From the NCBI GenBank assembly GCA_965223845.1, contig CBDCXR010000004.1:6528001-6592000 (forward strand): 64,000 nt of DNA, read 5' to 3'. Within the stretch, counting starts at the first letter, position 1. Every line of letters begins with the position of its first letter. A model generated the notes under the pieces. It did no database searches, had not been told where the DNA came from, and saw only the letters and a program-made list of their open reading frames with translations. Of this stretch, positions 9,939-21,289 are shown in pieces. The position numbers were made by a program, and so were the translations under genes. The DNA comes from Planctomycetota bacterium. Lineage in GTDB: Bacteria > Planctomycetota > UBA8108 > SXIK01.

Positions 9939-10739
9939 TTAGTCGCCCGTCCGCCAATCGCTGCCGGCGAGGAAGCCGCCGTCGACGTAGACGACTTGTC
10001 CCGTCACGAATTCCGACGCGGGACTCGAGAGAAAGAGCGCGGTTCCGGCGAGCTCGTGCGTCTCGCCCCAGCGCCGAACCGGGGTGCGACGGACGACCCA
10101 GTCACTCCGGTGATCCTCCTGGATCGCGCGGTTGAGCTCGGTCCGAATGAACCCCGGACCGATGCCGTTCACTTGGATTCCGTGCTCCGCCCACTCGACG
10201 GCGAGCGTCTTCGTGAGCTGGAGGAGTCCTCCCTTCGCCGCCGAGTACGCCGGAGCACCCGGGAGACCGATCGCCGACGCGAGCGAGAGGATGTTGACGA
10301 TCTTTCCGCCGCGCCCGCGCTCGATCATCTGCTCTCCACACGCCTGAGCGACGAAAAACGCACCGCTTAGATTCACGCCGAGCACCGCGACCCAATCTTC
10401 CTCGCTGAAAGTCGCGCTCTCGCCGCGACGATTGACTCCCGCGTTGTTGATCAAGATGTCGACGCCGCCGAGCTCCGCGCGCGCGCGTTCGACGAGCGCT
10501 CGAACGAACGTCGTCTCCGCCACATCGCCCGCGAGTGCGATGACGCGTCGTCCGCTGGCTGCGCGGATGTCGTCGGCGGCTTGAACCAGCGACTCCTCTC
10601 CTCGCGCGGTGAGGACGAGATCGGCGCCCGCACCCGCGAGCGCTTCGGCGATCGCACGCCCGATGCCCCGACTTCCGCCGGTGACGAGCGCAGCCTTGCC
10701 GTCGAGGCGAAACGCTTGAGCGGTGTCGTAGTTGTTCAT
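9939..10739 (-). CDS. SDR oxidoreductase (gluconate 5-dehydrogenase/KduD-like)
   Basis: TGGSRGIG, NNAG, YSAAK, IGPGFIRT, VDGG. Confidence 0.92.
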   Translation of the reverse strand: MNNYDTAQAFRLDGKAALVTGGSRGIGRAIAEALAGAGADLVLTARGEESLVQAADDIRAASGRRVIALAGDVAETTFVRALVERARAELGGVDILINNAGVNRRGESATFSEEDWVAVLGVNLSGAFFVAQACGEQMIERGRGGKIVNILSLASAIGLPGAPAYSAAKGGLLQLTKTLAVEWAEHGIQVNGIGPGFIRTELNRAIQEDHRSDWVVRRTPVRRWGETHELAGTALFLSSPASEFVTGQVVYVDGGFLAGSDWRTGD

Positions 10740-10979
10740 CCTGGGATTCCGTAGTCTTCGATCGCGGGGCGAACGGGGCCCGCCCAGTCTACGTCATTTT
10801 CGTCTCCCGGCGAGAGGCTCGAGACGTGGGCCGTCGCGTGGAGTTTCGCGCGGAGCGTCGGCGGAGGCCCACGGGTGAACTCCGCCCAAGTGCCCCGCCA
10901 AACCGCGGCGTCGGGTACAATCTCGGCTCGCAATCCACTCTGAACTCGCTCACCCTTCTACCATCTCGAGGCCCTCACG

Positions 10980-11963
10980 ATGATCGATGACGCGCGACGA
11001 ACTTTTCTGAAGAAGACCGTTCTCGCGGCCGGCAGTGCTGCCGCCGTCGGCTGCTCGACGTGGACGCGCGCGGACGACGAACGCGCGGGGAAAACGGCCG
11101 AAACGACAAACGGCTCTAGCGCGTCCGCACGGGGGAATCCCATCGGCGTCTCGACGTACTCTTTCTGGGGATTCCGCGGTGCGAAGACGCCGATCGAGGA
11201 TTGCATCGACCACGCGGCGAACATGGGGTTTGACGGGGTCGAGATCCTCCATCGCCAGATGCGCGACGAGTCGAACGGCTACATGCAGAACCTCAAGCGC
11301 CGCGCATTCACGCTCGGGCTCGATCTCTGCGGGTTTTCGATTCACCAAGACTTTGTGTCGCCGAGTCGCGAGGAACGTCGAAAGCACATCGAACACACGC
11401 ACAAGTGCATCGAGCTCGCCTACGCGATGGGTATCCCGACACTCCGTCTCAACACCGGGCGATGGGGGACCATCAAGTCCTTCGACGACCTCATGAAGGC
11501 GCGCGGGATCGAGCCGCGCCTTCCCGGCTACACGGACGACGACGCGATCCGCTGGGTGATCGAGTGCATCGAGGAGTGCCTCCCGCGCGCGGAAAAGGCC
11601 GGCGTAGTCATGGGGCTCGAGAATCACTGGGGAATCAGTCTCGACCCGAACGCCATCGCCCGCATCTTGAAGGCCGTCCCGTCGCCGTGGCTGCAGGTGA
11701 CGCTCGACACCGGGAACTTTCTCGAGGATCCGTACGACCGCCTCGCGCTCCTCGCCGATCGGACGGTGCTCGTTCAGGCGAAGACGTATTTCGGCGGCGG
11801 GCGGTGGTACTCGCTCGACCTCGACTACGCGCGAATCGCGAAGATTTTCCGCGATGCCGGATTCGCGGGTTACGTCTCGCTCGAGTTCGAAGGCAACGAG
11901 TCACCGGAGACCGGCGTGCCGAGGAGTCTGGAGCTTCTCCGGCGGCATTTTGGTCGGCGGTAG
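10980..11963 (+). CDS. Tat-exported sugar phosphate isomerase/epimerase (xylose-isomerase-like TIM barrel)
   Basis: ARRTFLK twin-arginine signal; GFDGVE, LENH, LDTGNF, SLEFEG. Confidence 0.9.
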   Translation: MIDDARRTFLKKTVLAAGSAAAVGCSTWTRADDERAGKTAETTNGSSASARGNPIGVSTYSFWGFRGAKTPIEDCIDHAANMGFDGVEILHRQMRDESNGYMQNLKRRAFTLGLDLCGFSIHQDFVSPSREERRKHIEHTHKCIELAYAMGIPTLRLNTGRWGTIKSFDDLMKARGIEPRLPGYTDDDAIRWVIECIEECLPRAEKAGVVMGLENHWGISLDPNAIARILKAVPSPWLQVTLDTGNFLEDPYDRLALLADRTVLVQAKTYFGGGRWYSLDLDYARIAKIFRDAGFAGYVSLEFEGNESPETGVPRSLELLRRHFGRR

Positions 11964-12020
11964 GCTAAGAGTGAGAATTGCACTTGGAGAGATTGAGGGG
12001 GCGGTGATCGGGGCGGAGTC

Positions 12021-12752
12021 TTAGCCGGCGAGGCCGTAGGCCGTCGCGGCGGCTGTGATTTGGATGGTGAGATTGTCGAGGCCGTGGGGCGAAATTGCTT
12101 CGACGATCGCCGCTGCGGCGCCGATGAGGAGCGCGGCCGGGACGACTCCGATCGCCACGGAGGCGCTCGGGCCCAAGATGGAGAGTGCGATCGCCGCCGC
12201 GATGCTCGATGCGGCGAACACCGCTGCGCTTCCTTCGACGGAGCGCGTCGACGACGGTGCTCCGCCGAGGCGCGGTACACGATAGCGGTGCCGCCCGTAG
12301 CGGATGCCGATCGGTTCCGCCACTGCGTCGCCGAATCCGCCGACGGCGAACCCGACGACGGCGAAGCGTTCGAAGAGTGCGAGCGCGATGATTCCGCCCG
12401 CGGCGGTGGCGAGAAAGGGGAGAAGGATCAGCAGCGATCGTCGCGGTCGATCCTCCGGTCGAGCGAGCGCCTCGTAAAATGCGTGTCCGTCTCCTCGGAG
12501 GAGAGCGAAGCCGACGATTCCCGCGGTGATTCCGCCGAGGAGATTGACCCCCGGGGTCCCGAGCGTGGCGGCGAGAACGGTCGCGGCGCTGAAGACGACA
12601 AAGTGAAAGATCTTCCTCGTGTCTCCCACTCGCACGCCGCGGCGGTGGAGACGGGCGCAGAGGATGGCCGCGCCGGCGATGAGCGCGAAGAGAACTGGTC
12701 CGAGCCACGCGCTTGCGGTGATCGGAGGCAGCGCCGGGGACCAGTTGCCCAT
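12021..12752 (-). CDS. CTP-dependent polyprenol/phytol/diacylglycerol kinase family membrane protein
   Basis: RKIFH, GD..A..IG..YGRH, RSVEGS, VEA....LDNL; multiple TM helices. Confidence 0.82.
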   Translation of the reverse strand: MGNWSPALPPITASAWLGPVLFALIAGAAILCARLHRRGVRVGDTRKIFHFVVFSAATVLAATLGTPGVNLLGGITAGIVGFALLRGDGHAFYEALARPEDRPRRSLLILLPFLATAAGGIIALALFERFAVVGFAVGGFGDAVAEPIGIRYGRHRYRVPRLGGAPSSTRSVEGSAAVFAASSIAAAIALSILGPSASVAIGVVPAALLIGAAAAIVEAISPHGLDNLTIQITAAATAYGLAG

Positions 12753-12792
12753 CGCTCCGTACCCTCACCGTGAGCTGCCGTCGTGGAGCGAA

Positions 12793-13464
12793 TCAGCTCT
12801 CGCCGCTAGCTGAGGTTCGATCCGCCGGACTCGCGCGCGCCGGTTCGTCAGGGGACGACGGAGCGGTCGAGTCGGGGGCCTTCGCCTCCGTCGCCTCCGC
12901 CGCGCCCGCTGTCGGTCGAGGATCGCCGGCGTTCTCGGCCGGGCTCGCGGGCGCCGGGGTCGGAGCGGGGCCCGCGGCCGGAGGGGCGGCCGTCGCAGCA
13001 GCGCTCTCGTCGTCGCGACGCTCGCGCGTCTGCGTCGCGAGGGGATCCTTGACGAAGTTCGGAACGATGTTCCTCCAGTAGCTCGTCGCCGAGATGTAGG
13101 CGAGAGCGATCGCTCCCCCGACGGTCATCGCGGTCTCGACCGAACTCATCTCCTCGATGAGGAATCCGATCACCGGAAGAATGCACACGATCGGGAGCAG
13201 TCGTTGCTGCAATTTCACCGGCACGAACTCGAGACAGTTGATCTTGAATGCGAGAAGCGTGATCACGATGAGCGCGCTCGCGATCGACGCCGTCGCGAAC
13301 CAAGGAAAGCCGGTCTCGACAGGCGCGGCCTCGGAACCGGTCGTGCTCTTCACGACCCACCCCGCGAGGATGATGAATGCGAGTCCGCCGATGACTTTCT
13401 CCGACAGGCGGAGCGTACCGTACTGCTTGCGTTGCTTCGGTTGGCTCTGCTGCTCGTCGCCCAT
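12793..13464 (-). CDS. Hypothetical membrane protein with Ala/Pro-rich C-terminal tail
   Basis: About four hydrophobic segments; GGAAGGG upstream of ATG. Confidence 0.7.
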   Translation of the reverse strand: MGDEQQSQPKQRKQYGTLRLSEKVIGGLAFIILAGWVVKSTTGSEAAPVETGFPWFATASIASALIVITLLAFKINCLEFVPVKLQQRLLPIVCILPVIGFLIEEMSSVETAMTVGGAIALAYISATSYWRNIVPNFVKDPLATQTRERRDDESAAATAAPPAAGPAPTPAPASPAENAGDPRPTAGAAEATEAKAPDSTAPSSPDEPARASPADRTSASGES

Positions 13465-13561
13465 GATCGCCCTTCCGTTGATTGCGCCTCACTCGACTTC
13501 CTCACCAGGCTCGGTGAGCGGAGTGGCCCTTTCTGTTAGTCGACTTCGTACCCCGTGCGTT

Positions 13562-14914
13562 TCAGGTTTCGCCGCTTTTATCTTCCGCGTTTTCGCGTCC
13601 GCCCTTCCGCTTGCGGCGGTGTGCCGGCCGAGCGTTCTCCGCTCGCGGGGACGTGGTCGCGGTGGGCGTCGACGACCACGCCACCTCGATTCGCAGCCGG
13701 CTTTTTCCTGATCGCGAGACGACATCGCCCCGGCGCACCGCGTCGTTGGGCGATCGCCACAGCTCGCGGCCGCTCCTCCGGCACACGTAGACGCCTCGCT
13801 CCCCGCCCTGCACTCGCATCGGGTCGCCGATCACGCGCCCTCGCCCGCGGTCTTCGGTGGGGACGGGAGAGCCGACCCGCTCGATCGCTAGAAATGAGAA
13901 CGACGCCCGCGTCGGACCCGTCTTGTCGACGAGCCCGAGGGGGGCCGCCGCGCGCCGCACCGCGGCCGGGGGATTCCACTCGAAGTGGAAGTGACACCAA
14001 GGACGGGCGCGTTCCTCGAGGAGGGGACACGGCGCGTCGTGCGTGCACGGCGCGACGATGCGCCATCGACCGCTGCTGGCGATCACGTCGTGCACGCGAA
14101 GGAGATTTCGGCCGGCGCCGCGCTGCGCGGGCTCGAGGATGATCGCCGTGCTCCCGGGTGGAATCGAGTTCGCGAGCTCGGCCGCGAAGGCTTCGGCCGT
14201 CGGACCACCGCGCTCGCCCACGCGGAGCTCGTTGAGAACCATCGCCAGCCAGACGAGGGACGGGGCCTCGACCTTTGGCGGAGCCGGCACGAGAGATCCG
14301 TTCGTCGTGCGCACCGTCACGCCCGCCGTACCCGCAGCCGCGGCGCTCTCCTCGAGGAGTCGTCGCGCAACGTTCGTTGCCGCGCGGCTACGATCGGTGA
14401 GCACGAACTCGCGGGACACATCTCCGCTGAGGCTGAACAAGGTCGCGAGACTGGCCGAACCCGGTCCGGCGCCGAGATCGACGACGTTCGTCAGCGTTTC
14501 CACCTCCGGGTGAAGACGGCGAACGACGTCGAGGACCTTTGCGGCGCGGACGTAGTTGAGCGGGAGATGATACCGGAGATAAGCGTCACGAAGCCTCGGC
14601 ACGTCGAGGTACGACGTCCGCCGGAGTCTCGATCGGTCGGAGGTGAAGAGGTCGAAGAGCTCCTCGAGCGCGCGGGCCTGCTTCACGGGTGGGACGCGCC
14701 CGGCGATGCGCCCGATGGCGTCGTCGAGCGCAGAGGGCACGCTCGTCGACCCAGGGGAGTCGTCGCGGCGAGCCGGAGCGGCCGAGCCACCGCGATGCTC
14801 GCGGGCGGCCGCGGGCGGTGTCCCGCGCAAAGGTGCGCGACTTCGGGCCGCTCGAGTCGAATTCTGCTTCGCGCGCCGTCGGCTGCTTCTTTTCTTGTCG
14901 TCGTGCGTGCTCAT
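13562..14914 (-). CDS. Rsm22-like SAM-dependent methyltransferase
   Basis: [45 protein letters not shown]; start uncertain (ATG 14914 or 14932). Confidence 0.82.
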   Translation of the reverse strand: MSTHDDKKRSSRRRAKQNSTRAARSRAPLRGTPPAAAREHRGGSAAPARRDDSPGSTSVPSALDDAIGRIAGRVPPVKQARALEELFDLFTSDRSRLRRTSYLDVPRLRDAYLRYHLPLNYVRAAKVLDVVRRLHPEVETLTNVVDLGAGPGSASLATLFSLSGDVSREFVLTDRSRAATNVARRLLEESAAAAGTAGVTVRTTNGSLVPAPPKVEAPSLVWLAMVLNELRVGERGGPTAEAFAAELANSIPPGSTAIILEPAQRGAGRNLLRVHDVIASSGRWRIVAPCTHDAPCPLLEERARPWCHFHFEWNPPAAVRRAAAPLGLVDKTGPTRASFSFLAIERVGSPVPTEDRGRGRVIGDPMRVQGGERGVYVCRRSGRELWRSPNDAVRRGDVVSRSGKSRLRIEVAWSSTPTATTSPRAENARPAHRRKRKGGRENAEDKSGET

Positions 14915-15152
14915 CCCGTGTCTTGATGACATCGCTTCGCTTCGCGGGTACCCTCGCCTCCGCCCCGTCCGTTTTCGTCGTGCTCGGTCTCGCGCGCGTC
15001 TACGTTCGTCGGTGACTGGCTGCGCCGATGGCTTCGTCCGAGCCGAGCGCAACCGATCCGCGCGAGGCCATTCTACTCGATGCACCTCGCACGCGGGCAG
15101 CACGCCGCGACCGTTCCCCGAATCTTCGCTCAATCCACCGGGAGATGCTTCC

Positions 15153-16235
15153 GTGTCGACTTCACCTTCGCCCTCCGATCCGCTCGATTTGGAACGCGAG
15201 CTCGGCTCCTCGTTCGACCTCTTGATGAACTTCACCTCGCCCAAGATCGACCGCGAGCGCCTCCACCTTCCCGGCCGGACCTTCGTCGACGATGTCGTCG
15301 CCGCGAGCGATCGCCCCAATCCCGTCCTCCGGAGCCTGCAGGCCCTCTTCGACGCCGGATCGCTCGGCGGAACCGGATATCTGTCGATTCTTCCGGTCGA
15401 TCAGGGGCTCGAGCACAGCGCGGGCGCGTCGTTCGCGAGCAATCCCGACTACTTCGATCCCGAGGCGATCGTCGAGCTCGCCCACGAAGGCGGGTGCAAC
15501 GCCGTGACGTCGAGCGTCGGAGTTCTGGGCGCGGTGTCGCGAAAGTACGCGCACCGGATTCCATTCATCGTGAAGCTGAACCACAACGAGCTCCTCACGC
15601 ACCCGGCGCGGTACGACCAAATTCTATTCGCGAGCGTGCGTCAGGCGCGAGATCTCGGCGCCGTCGGCGTCGGTGCGACGATCTATTTCGGCTCGGCCGA
15701 GTCGAGTCGACAGATCGCCGAGGTGAGCGATGCCTTTCAGTGCGCGCACGAGGCCGGTCTCTTCACCGTGCTGTGGTGCTACTTGCGGAACTCCGCGTTC
15801 AAGAAGGACGGGGTCGACTACCACACCTCCGCCGACATGACCGGCCAGGCGAATCACATCGGTGTCACGATTCAGGCGGATATCGTGAAGCAGAAGCTCC
15901 CGACCCGAAACGGTGGATTCGAGGCGATCCCGTGCGGAAAGGTCGACAAGGATCGGGAGATGTATACGAAGCTAGCGAGCGAACATCCGATCGATCTCGT
16001 TCGCTACCAAGTGGCGAACGGCTACATGGGACGCGCGGGCCTGATCAATTCAGGCGGAGCGTCGACGGCGGACGATCGCGCCGATGCGATCAAGACGGCT
16101 GTGATCAACAAGCGCGCGGGTGGGATGGGCCTCATCATGGGACGGAAAGCGTTCCAGCGGCCGCGGCGCGACGGGATCGAGCTCCTCCGCGCGGTCCAGA
16201 ACGTGTACCTGGACGAGCGGGTCACCGTCGTCTAG
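15153..16235 (+). CDS. fbaB: Class I fructose-bisphosphate aldolase (FbaB/DhnA type)
   Basis: [56 protein letters not shown]; GTG 15153 after GGAG. Confidence 0.95.
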   Translation: MSTSPSPSDPLDLERELGSSFDLLMNFTSPKIDRERLHLPGRTFVDDVVAASDRPNPVLRSLQALFDAGSLGGTGYLSILPVDQGLEHSAGASFASNPDYFDPEAIVELAHEGGCNAVTSSVGVLGAVSRKYAHRIPFIVKLNHNELLTHPARYDQILFASVRQARDLGAVGVGATIYFGSAESSRQIAEVSDAFQCAHEAGLFTVLWCYLRNSAFKKDGVDYHTSADMTGQANHIGVTIQADIVKQKLPTRNGGFEAIPCGKVDKDREMYTKLASEHPIDLVRYQVANGYMGRAGLINSGGASTADDRADAIKTAVINKRAGGMGLIMGRKAFQRPRRDGIELLRAVQNVYLDERVTVV

Positions 16236-16276
16236 TCGAGGAGCGCGGTGCTCATCGACGCGCCGCGTCCGCGGAT

Positions 16277-16717
16277 CTACGCTTCGGATCCCTTCGCACT
16301 CGCCGTCCGGCCGAGGCGTTCGCCGTCCTCGCTCAGCCACAGATCGGTCCAGTAGTCGAGCGCCTTCAGCGCCGCGGCTGCGTCGTCGGGAACGGTGACC
16401 GGTTCCGGCGTCTGCGGGGGCCTCGAACGCGAGTTTCGCAGGAACACGCGCGCGGCGGCAGAGCTCGGCAGCCGCGTGCGCAACTCGCGGAGGAGGCGTT
16501 CGATCTCGCTCGCGCTCCAGCACATCACCGCGCTGATGAACTGGTCGGGCAGTTCCTTCGCGTAGAGGACGGTGACGGCGTGAACGACGGCCAGCTCGGG
16601 GGACGACTCGACGTCGCCGGAGCGGGACTTCGATCCCTCGGCGAGCGGGACGGGAATCGTTCCGCCGCGCAGATACTGCCGAACCAGTGCGGCGATCTCT
16701 TCTTCGCGGTCGGACAT
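16277..16717 (-). CDS. Hypothetical protein
   Basis: 146-aa ORF with protein-like composition, filling the gap after fbaB; no motif recognised. Confidence 0.55.
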   Translation of the reverse strand: MSDREEEIAALVRQYLRGGTIPVPLAEGSKSRSGDVESSPELAVVHAVTVLYAKELPDQFISAVMCWSASEIERLLRELRTRLPSSAAARVFLRNSRSRPPQTPEPVTVPDDAAAALKALDYWTDLWLSEDGERLGRTASAKGSEA

Positions 16718-16765
16718 CCCGTTGATCCCTGTGGCCCGTGAAACCGGGCGACACCGCGCGGCCGA

Positions 16766-16939
16766 CCGGCCTCACTCCGTCGGCGCCGACCCGGACCCCT
16801 CGCCAGAGAGAGCCGCGCGAGCGACGGGTCGCCGCACCCGGACGGACCGCTGTGGCCGGGCCGCAGCGGAGTCCGCAAAGGGCGAAGGCGAGGAGAGACT
16901 CTGGCGAAGAATCCGAGCCGGGCTTCCGCGTAAGGCCGG
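16766..16939. ncRNA. Candidate structured RNA (nested rod, ~175 nt)
   Basis: Nested complementary pairs: 16766-72/16933-39, 16800-08/16899-907, 16839-43/16871-75, 16847-56/16860-69; lies in a ~450-bp non-coding gap. Confidence 0.3.
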
Positions 16940-17170
16940 CCGAGCCGGCGGGGACGCGTCAGACTCGTGATCGCTCCCATCGGTAGAGCGATCCAGCGTT
17001 CGTTCCGGAAAGTCTACGATGCCCTCCAGCGACGGTCGAACCGACGGGCCGCGAAGGGAGGAAACGCGTTCGGGCGCGGTAGTTGCCGGAAGCTCCCCCG
17101 CGGGCTCGAGTCGGGCAAGCGTCGACGCGGATGGTTCTCGTCCCGTGACGGGTGACGACGCGCCGGGTGC

Positions 17171-20100
17171 CTAGTCGCTCGCTTCCTCCGCGTCGCGGCG
17201 ATCTCGCTCGTTCGCCGGGCGGCGCCGGGCGGTCTCTCTCGACCGCGGGCGCGGCAGCGAAACGAAGGACTCTCGGGGACGAGCGCCGAGCGCGGATTCG
17301 ATCCCCTCCGCGTAGACGGCCATCTGTGGCCGGTACCGCGCCGCCAATTCGTGGGCGTCCGCCTCGGGGTCGGTCTTGTAGTCGAGGATTTCGATCTGAT
17401 CGTTCTCTTCGAGTACCGCGTCGATCGCTCCGTCCCAACGCTGCCCGGACGCGTCGCGAAGGAGCAGCGGGATCTCGCGGAGATGAGAGGGAATCGCGGC
17501 GATTCGGTCGAGCTCGCGTTCCGGCGCGCGATCGAGTATGCCCCGAATGAGTCGCGCGACGCGTCTCTCGATCTCACGCGGGGCCGTTTCGGTAGCTCGC
17601 ACGGCCGAGAGCACGTTCGCGCGGAGCCAATCCGCATCCTTGCCCGGTGGCCAGCGCTCTAGAAGGAGGTGAAGCGCTCGGCCGACGTGCCGAGCGACCT
17701 CCGCGCTCACATCGGTAGCGCGTTCGCGTGAGTCGTCGGAAACGGTGGCGCTCGGCGCCGCGAATTCAGCCGCGAGGTGGCTTCCGAGTGCGAGCGAAGC
17801 CGCGCGAGATTCGGTCACGGCCGCCTTGACCGCCGCCGGAAGCACCCATTCGCCTCGAGTGATCGGAACGGGCTCGGGATTCTCGATGCGCCGATGCGTG
17901 ACGCCGTCTCGGAGCCGGAGCGGATCGCCGGCGAACGCCGCTCCGGCGTCGTAACCCCAGGTTCGTAGCGCGTCGACACCGCCTCCCTTCAGTCTCGCGC
18001 CGCCGCCGATCGCGAGAACGAGACGTTCGGCCGCGCGCGTTGCAGCGACGTAGAGGAGACGCTTCTCTTCCGCCGCGTCCTGCTCGGCCTCCTCTAGTGG
18101 CTGCCACACCGACGCCGGTGTACGCCGTTCTCCCATCGAGAATGCGAGCGCTGCGAATCCGTCGCGATCGCTCTCGTCGCCCTCGTCTCTTTTCGGGAGG
18201 ACTCGCGCGATCGCGATGGACTTTCTCGGCGGCGGGACCTGAGCGCGGGAGAGCTCCGGGAGGATCACCACCGGCCACTCGAGTCCCTTTGATTTGTGAA
18301 TCGAGAGCACGCGAACCGCATCGAGGCTCTCGTCGGCGAGCGGGCTCTCGGTCTCCTGCTGCTCGAGGGCATCGCTACGCTCGATGCGATCGAGGATCTC
18401 GTCGTCGCGCCACGTGCCCTCGCGCCCCAGCTCGGCGATGTGGAGCACCGCCTTTTCGAGATTGGCGACGCGCTGCGCCCCCCCGTAGCTCGCGGCCATC
18501 GCAGCACGGAGGGGGAGCTCGTCGAGCGCGGCGAAGGCGAGCTCGACGATGTCGCCGTTCGCGTGCTCGCGAGCGAAAGCACGGAACGCGTCGAGTGCAC
18601 GCGAGAGATGGGGAAAGCGGGCGGCGTCCGGTTCGGCGTCGAGATGCCAGAACGCGGGGTTCGTCGAGCGAGCGTAGCGGGCGAGCTCGGGGTCGGGCAC
18701 GCCGCCGATGGGCGAGCGGAGACAGGACACCAGCGCGACGGCGTCCGCGGGGTGAAGGATCGCCCGCAGCACCGTGAGCAGGAGCTCGACCTCGTAGCGC
18801 TCGAAGAATCCGCGCCCGCCTTCGACGACGTACGGGATGTCGCTGTCGCGGAGAGCCCGCAAGTAGATGTTCACCTCCGTGAGCGCGCGAAAGAGAATCG
18901 CGATCTCGCGAGCGGGGCGTCCTCGGCGCATCTCCTCGGCGATCCAAGCGGCGATCGCGCGCGCTTCGAATCGCCGGCGATCGTCCGCCGAGACCGTGTG
19001 GGGACCCACCGTCCAGATTTCGATCGACGGCTCCGGCGATGCTTCGCGCACCGCGCTGAGGTCCTCGAACGGCGGGTCGAGCTCGCGGCGTCTCGGCGGC
19101 GCCGACGCGAACACCTCCGCGAAGAGATCGTTGAGCGGATCGACGACGCCCGGGCGGCTCCGAAAGTTCGCCCGGAGTGTGAGCACGTCGCCGCGCGCGG
19201 CGCAGACGTCATCGACGGCACGCGCGTACGCGGTCATGTCGGCACCACGGAAGCGGTAAATCGACTGCTTCGCGTCGCCGACGATGAAGAGCATCCCCGG
19301 CTCGAGCGCCGGCTCGTAGATCTCGCGCGCAGCGCCGCGACCGGCGAGTGCGAATACGATGTCGTATTGCGCGGGATCCGTATCCTGGAACTCGTCGATG
19401 AGGATTTGTCGAAATCGGGAGGACTCCGCTCGCCGAACGTCCGGGTGCTCGAGGAGGAGATCGCGACCGGCGGCGATGATCCCGTCGAACGTCATCCAGC
19501 CGCGACGCACGTACTCGCGGCGAAACTCACGGCAAAACTCTTCGAGCAAGGCGCCGAATCGACGCGGAAGCGCCGGGTCGCAATCGACGAGGTGACGAGC
19601 CGTCTTGAGGACGCGCTCCACCTCCTTCTGGACTGAATCCCGGTCGCGAAGATTCGACTTGGAGCCCGGCGAAACCGATCGGCGAAGAACCGCTAGCGCT
19701 TGCGCGTCGGGCATGGAGCCATCGCGATGCGCCGTCTCCAGGATTTCGCCGAGTGCTGCGACGTGCTGGAGGAAGGCGGGGCGAACCCGGTCCGCGGTCG
19801 CTACCTCGTCTTCGATCGCGGCGAGGCGCGCCCGGAGGTCCGCGATGATCGAGCGGGCGAGTCGGAGCTGACACTCCGTCGCCTCGCCATCGATCACCGA
19901 AAGCGGAACGCCGAACCGACAGAGCTCGCGGGCCGTCTCCTCGATTTGCCGGACGGTGAACTCGGCGAGCAGGTCGGACCACGCTGCGCCGGAGGAGGAG
20001 TTCGGGTCGAGAGGGGCGTCGAGCGTCTCGTCGACGAAGGCTCGCCACGCGTCGGCGAAGAGGTCGGCGAAGGCCATTCCCTCGCTGTCGACCCGAAAGG

Positions 20101-20554
20101 CCGGGTCGATGCCCGCGGGCCGAGCGTGCCGGCGGAGGATTTCGGCGACGAACGCGTGGATCGTACCCACCGAGGCGCGCTCGAGCACCGAGAGCGCGGC
20201 GCGTGCGCGCTGGACGACTTCCGCTCGATGAGATTCGCCGAGTCGCGCGGACACGCGGCTCGCCTCATCCGGACGATTCGCGGCCGCGGCCTCGAGGTCC
20301 GGCGGCGTGCTCGAGAGCTCGAGAACTCGATCGAGACTCCGTTCGAGTCGCTCGACGAGCTCGCTCGCCGCCTTCTCCGTGAACGTGATCACGGCGAGCT
20401 CGGTGAGCGGCGTACCTTCGGCGAGAACGAGCCACAGAACTCGCTCGACCATCAGGCTCGTCTTTCCCGTCCCGGCGCCGGCGGTGACGACGAGATTGGT
20501 CGCGACGTCCGTGACCGCACGTTCTCGATCGGTGCTGTCGACGAGGGGTGGCAT
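17171..20554 (-). CDS. addA: AddA/UvrD-like helicase-nuclease
   Basis: AGAGTGKT, LIDEFQDT, VGDAKQSIYRFRGA, NFRS, IHKSKGLE, RLLYVAATRA, C-terminal GAIDAV...DYKTD nuclease. Confidence 0.9.
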   Translation of the reverse strand: MPPLVDSTDRERAVTDVATNLVVTAGAGTGKTSLMVERVLWLVLAEGTPLTELAVITFTEKAASELVERLERSLDRVLELSSTPPDLEAAAANRPDEASRVSARLGESHRAEVVQRARAALSVLERASVGTIHAFVAEILRRHARPAGIDPAFRVDSEGMAFADLFADAWRAFVDETLDAPLDPNSSSGAAWSDLLAEFTVRQIEETARELCRFGVPLSVIDGEATECQLRLARSIIADLRARLAAIEDEVATADRVRPAFLQHVAALGEILETAHRDGSMPDAQALAVLRRSVSPGSKSNLRDRDSVQKEVERVLKTARHLVDCDPALPRRFGALLEEFCREFRREYVRRGWMTFDGIIAAGRDLLLEHPDVRRAESSRFRQILIDEFQDTDPAQYDIVFALAGRGAAREIYEPALEPGMLFIVGDAKQSIYRFRGADMTAYARAVDDVCAARGDVLTLRANFRSRPGVVDPLNDLFAEVFASAPPRRRELDPPFEDLSAVREASPEPSIEIWTVGPHTVSADDRRRFEARAIAAWIAEEMRRGRPAREIAILFRALTEVNIYLRALRDSDIPYVVEGGRGFFERYEVELLLTVLRAILHPADAVALVSCLRSPIGGVPDPELARYARSTNPAFWHLDAEPDAARFPHLSRALDAFRAFAREHANGDIVELAFAALDELPLRAAMAASYGGAQRVANLEKAVLHIAELGREGTWRDDEILDRIERSDALEQQETESPLADESLDAVRVLSIHKSKGLEWPVVILPELSRAQVPPPRKSIAIARVLPKRDEGDESDRDGFAALAFSMGERRTPASVWQPLEEAEQDAAEEKRLLYVAATRAAERLVLAIGGGARLKGGGVDALRTWGYDAGAAFAGDPLRLRDGVTHRRIENPEPVPITRGEWVLPAAVKAAVTESRAASLALGSHLAAEFAAPSATVSDDSRERATDVSAEVARHVGRALHLLLERWPPGKDADWLRANVLSAVRATETAPREIERRVARLIRGILDRAPERELDRIAAIPSHLREIPLLLRDASGQRWDGAIDAVLEENDQIEILDYKTDPEADAHELAARYRPQMAVYAEGIESALGARPRESFVSLPRPRSRETARRRPANERDRRDAEEASD

Positions 20555-20635
20555 CGGTGGGCGAAGCGTGCGGACGACTCGAAGGGGAAGGAGGTAGCGC
20601 GCTCGCTCTTTTCGAACGAGCGTTTGGGCGGACGT

Positions 20636-21289
20636 CTAGTTTTTGGAGTCGCTCGCCGTTCCGTCGCCTTCCCAGTTGGGATCGGACGCGCGCGAGTAGG
20701 GGATCTCCTTCCCTTGGAGGAGTCGAAGGTAATCCTTCTCCGAGAGTTTCTGCCGTTCGCGAGTCGGCAGCGCGTCGTCCGTCTCCTTGTCGTCGTAGAC
20801 GACTCGCCGACCGTCGCGTCGATGCTCGCGACCGATTTCGTCGGCGATCATCGGCGCGTTCTTGTTCACTTCTTGAAGGAGCGCACCGACTCGCTGCCGA
20901 AGCTCGACCGCGGGGCTGAACGTCTTGTCCACCACGACCGCCTCGGCGATGTCGACCTGCGCATCGAGGAGAAGCGAGATCGCGCGCCGCAGATTGCTCG
21001 ACGCGCCCTCGGATCCGGGCGAGGCCCGGCGATAGAGGCTCCGCGCTTCGGTGTAGTTTTTCTTCGCGTTTTCAAACAGAGCGCGCGCGCGAGCCCGCGC
21101 GACTTCGGACTCCGATGGGCCGGCGGCGGTCTCCGCCCGACGAGTTTCCGCCGAGGTGGACGAGCCGCGGTTGCGGTCGGAATGGAGCTTCCACCCCACG
21201 AGGCCCGCGGCCGCGCACACCGCGATGAGGAGGACCCAGACCACGGGATTCGGCGACGAGCTTCGCGCCCGGTATCTTCGTCTTGCCAC
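20636..21289 (-). CDS. Hypothetical protein with N-terminal TM helix
   Basis: Basic N-terminus, hydrophobic helix, helical body; GAGGAGG upstream of GTG. Confidence 0.7.
   Translation of the reverse strand: MARRRYRARSSSPNPVVWVLLIAVCAAAGLVGWKLHSDRNRGSSTSAETRRAETAAGPSESEVARARARALFENAKKNYTEARSLYRRASPGSEGASSNLRRAISLLLDAQVDIAEAVVVDKTFSPAVELRQRVGALLQEVNKNAPMIADEIGREHRRDGRRVVYDDKETDDALPTRERQKLSEKDYLRLLQGKEIPYSRASDPNWEGDGTASDSKN

Noticed and set aside
14643-15319. Apparent ~680-bp overlap of fbaB and the methyltransferase
   Set aside because: Artefact of longest-ORF start calls; plausible starts at 15153 (+) and 14914/14932 (-) give a normal divergent gap
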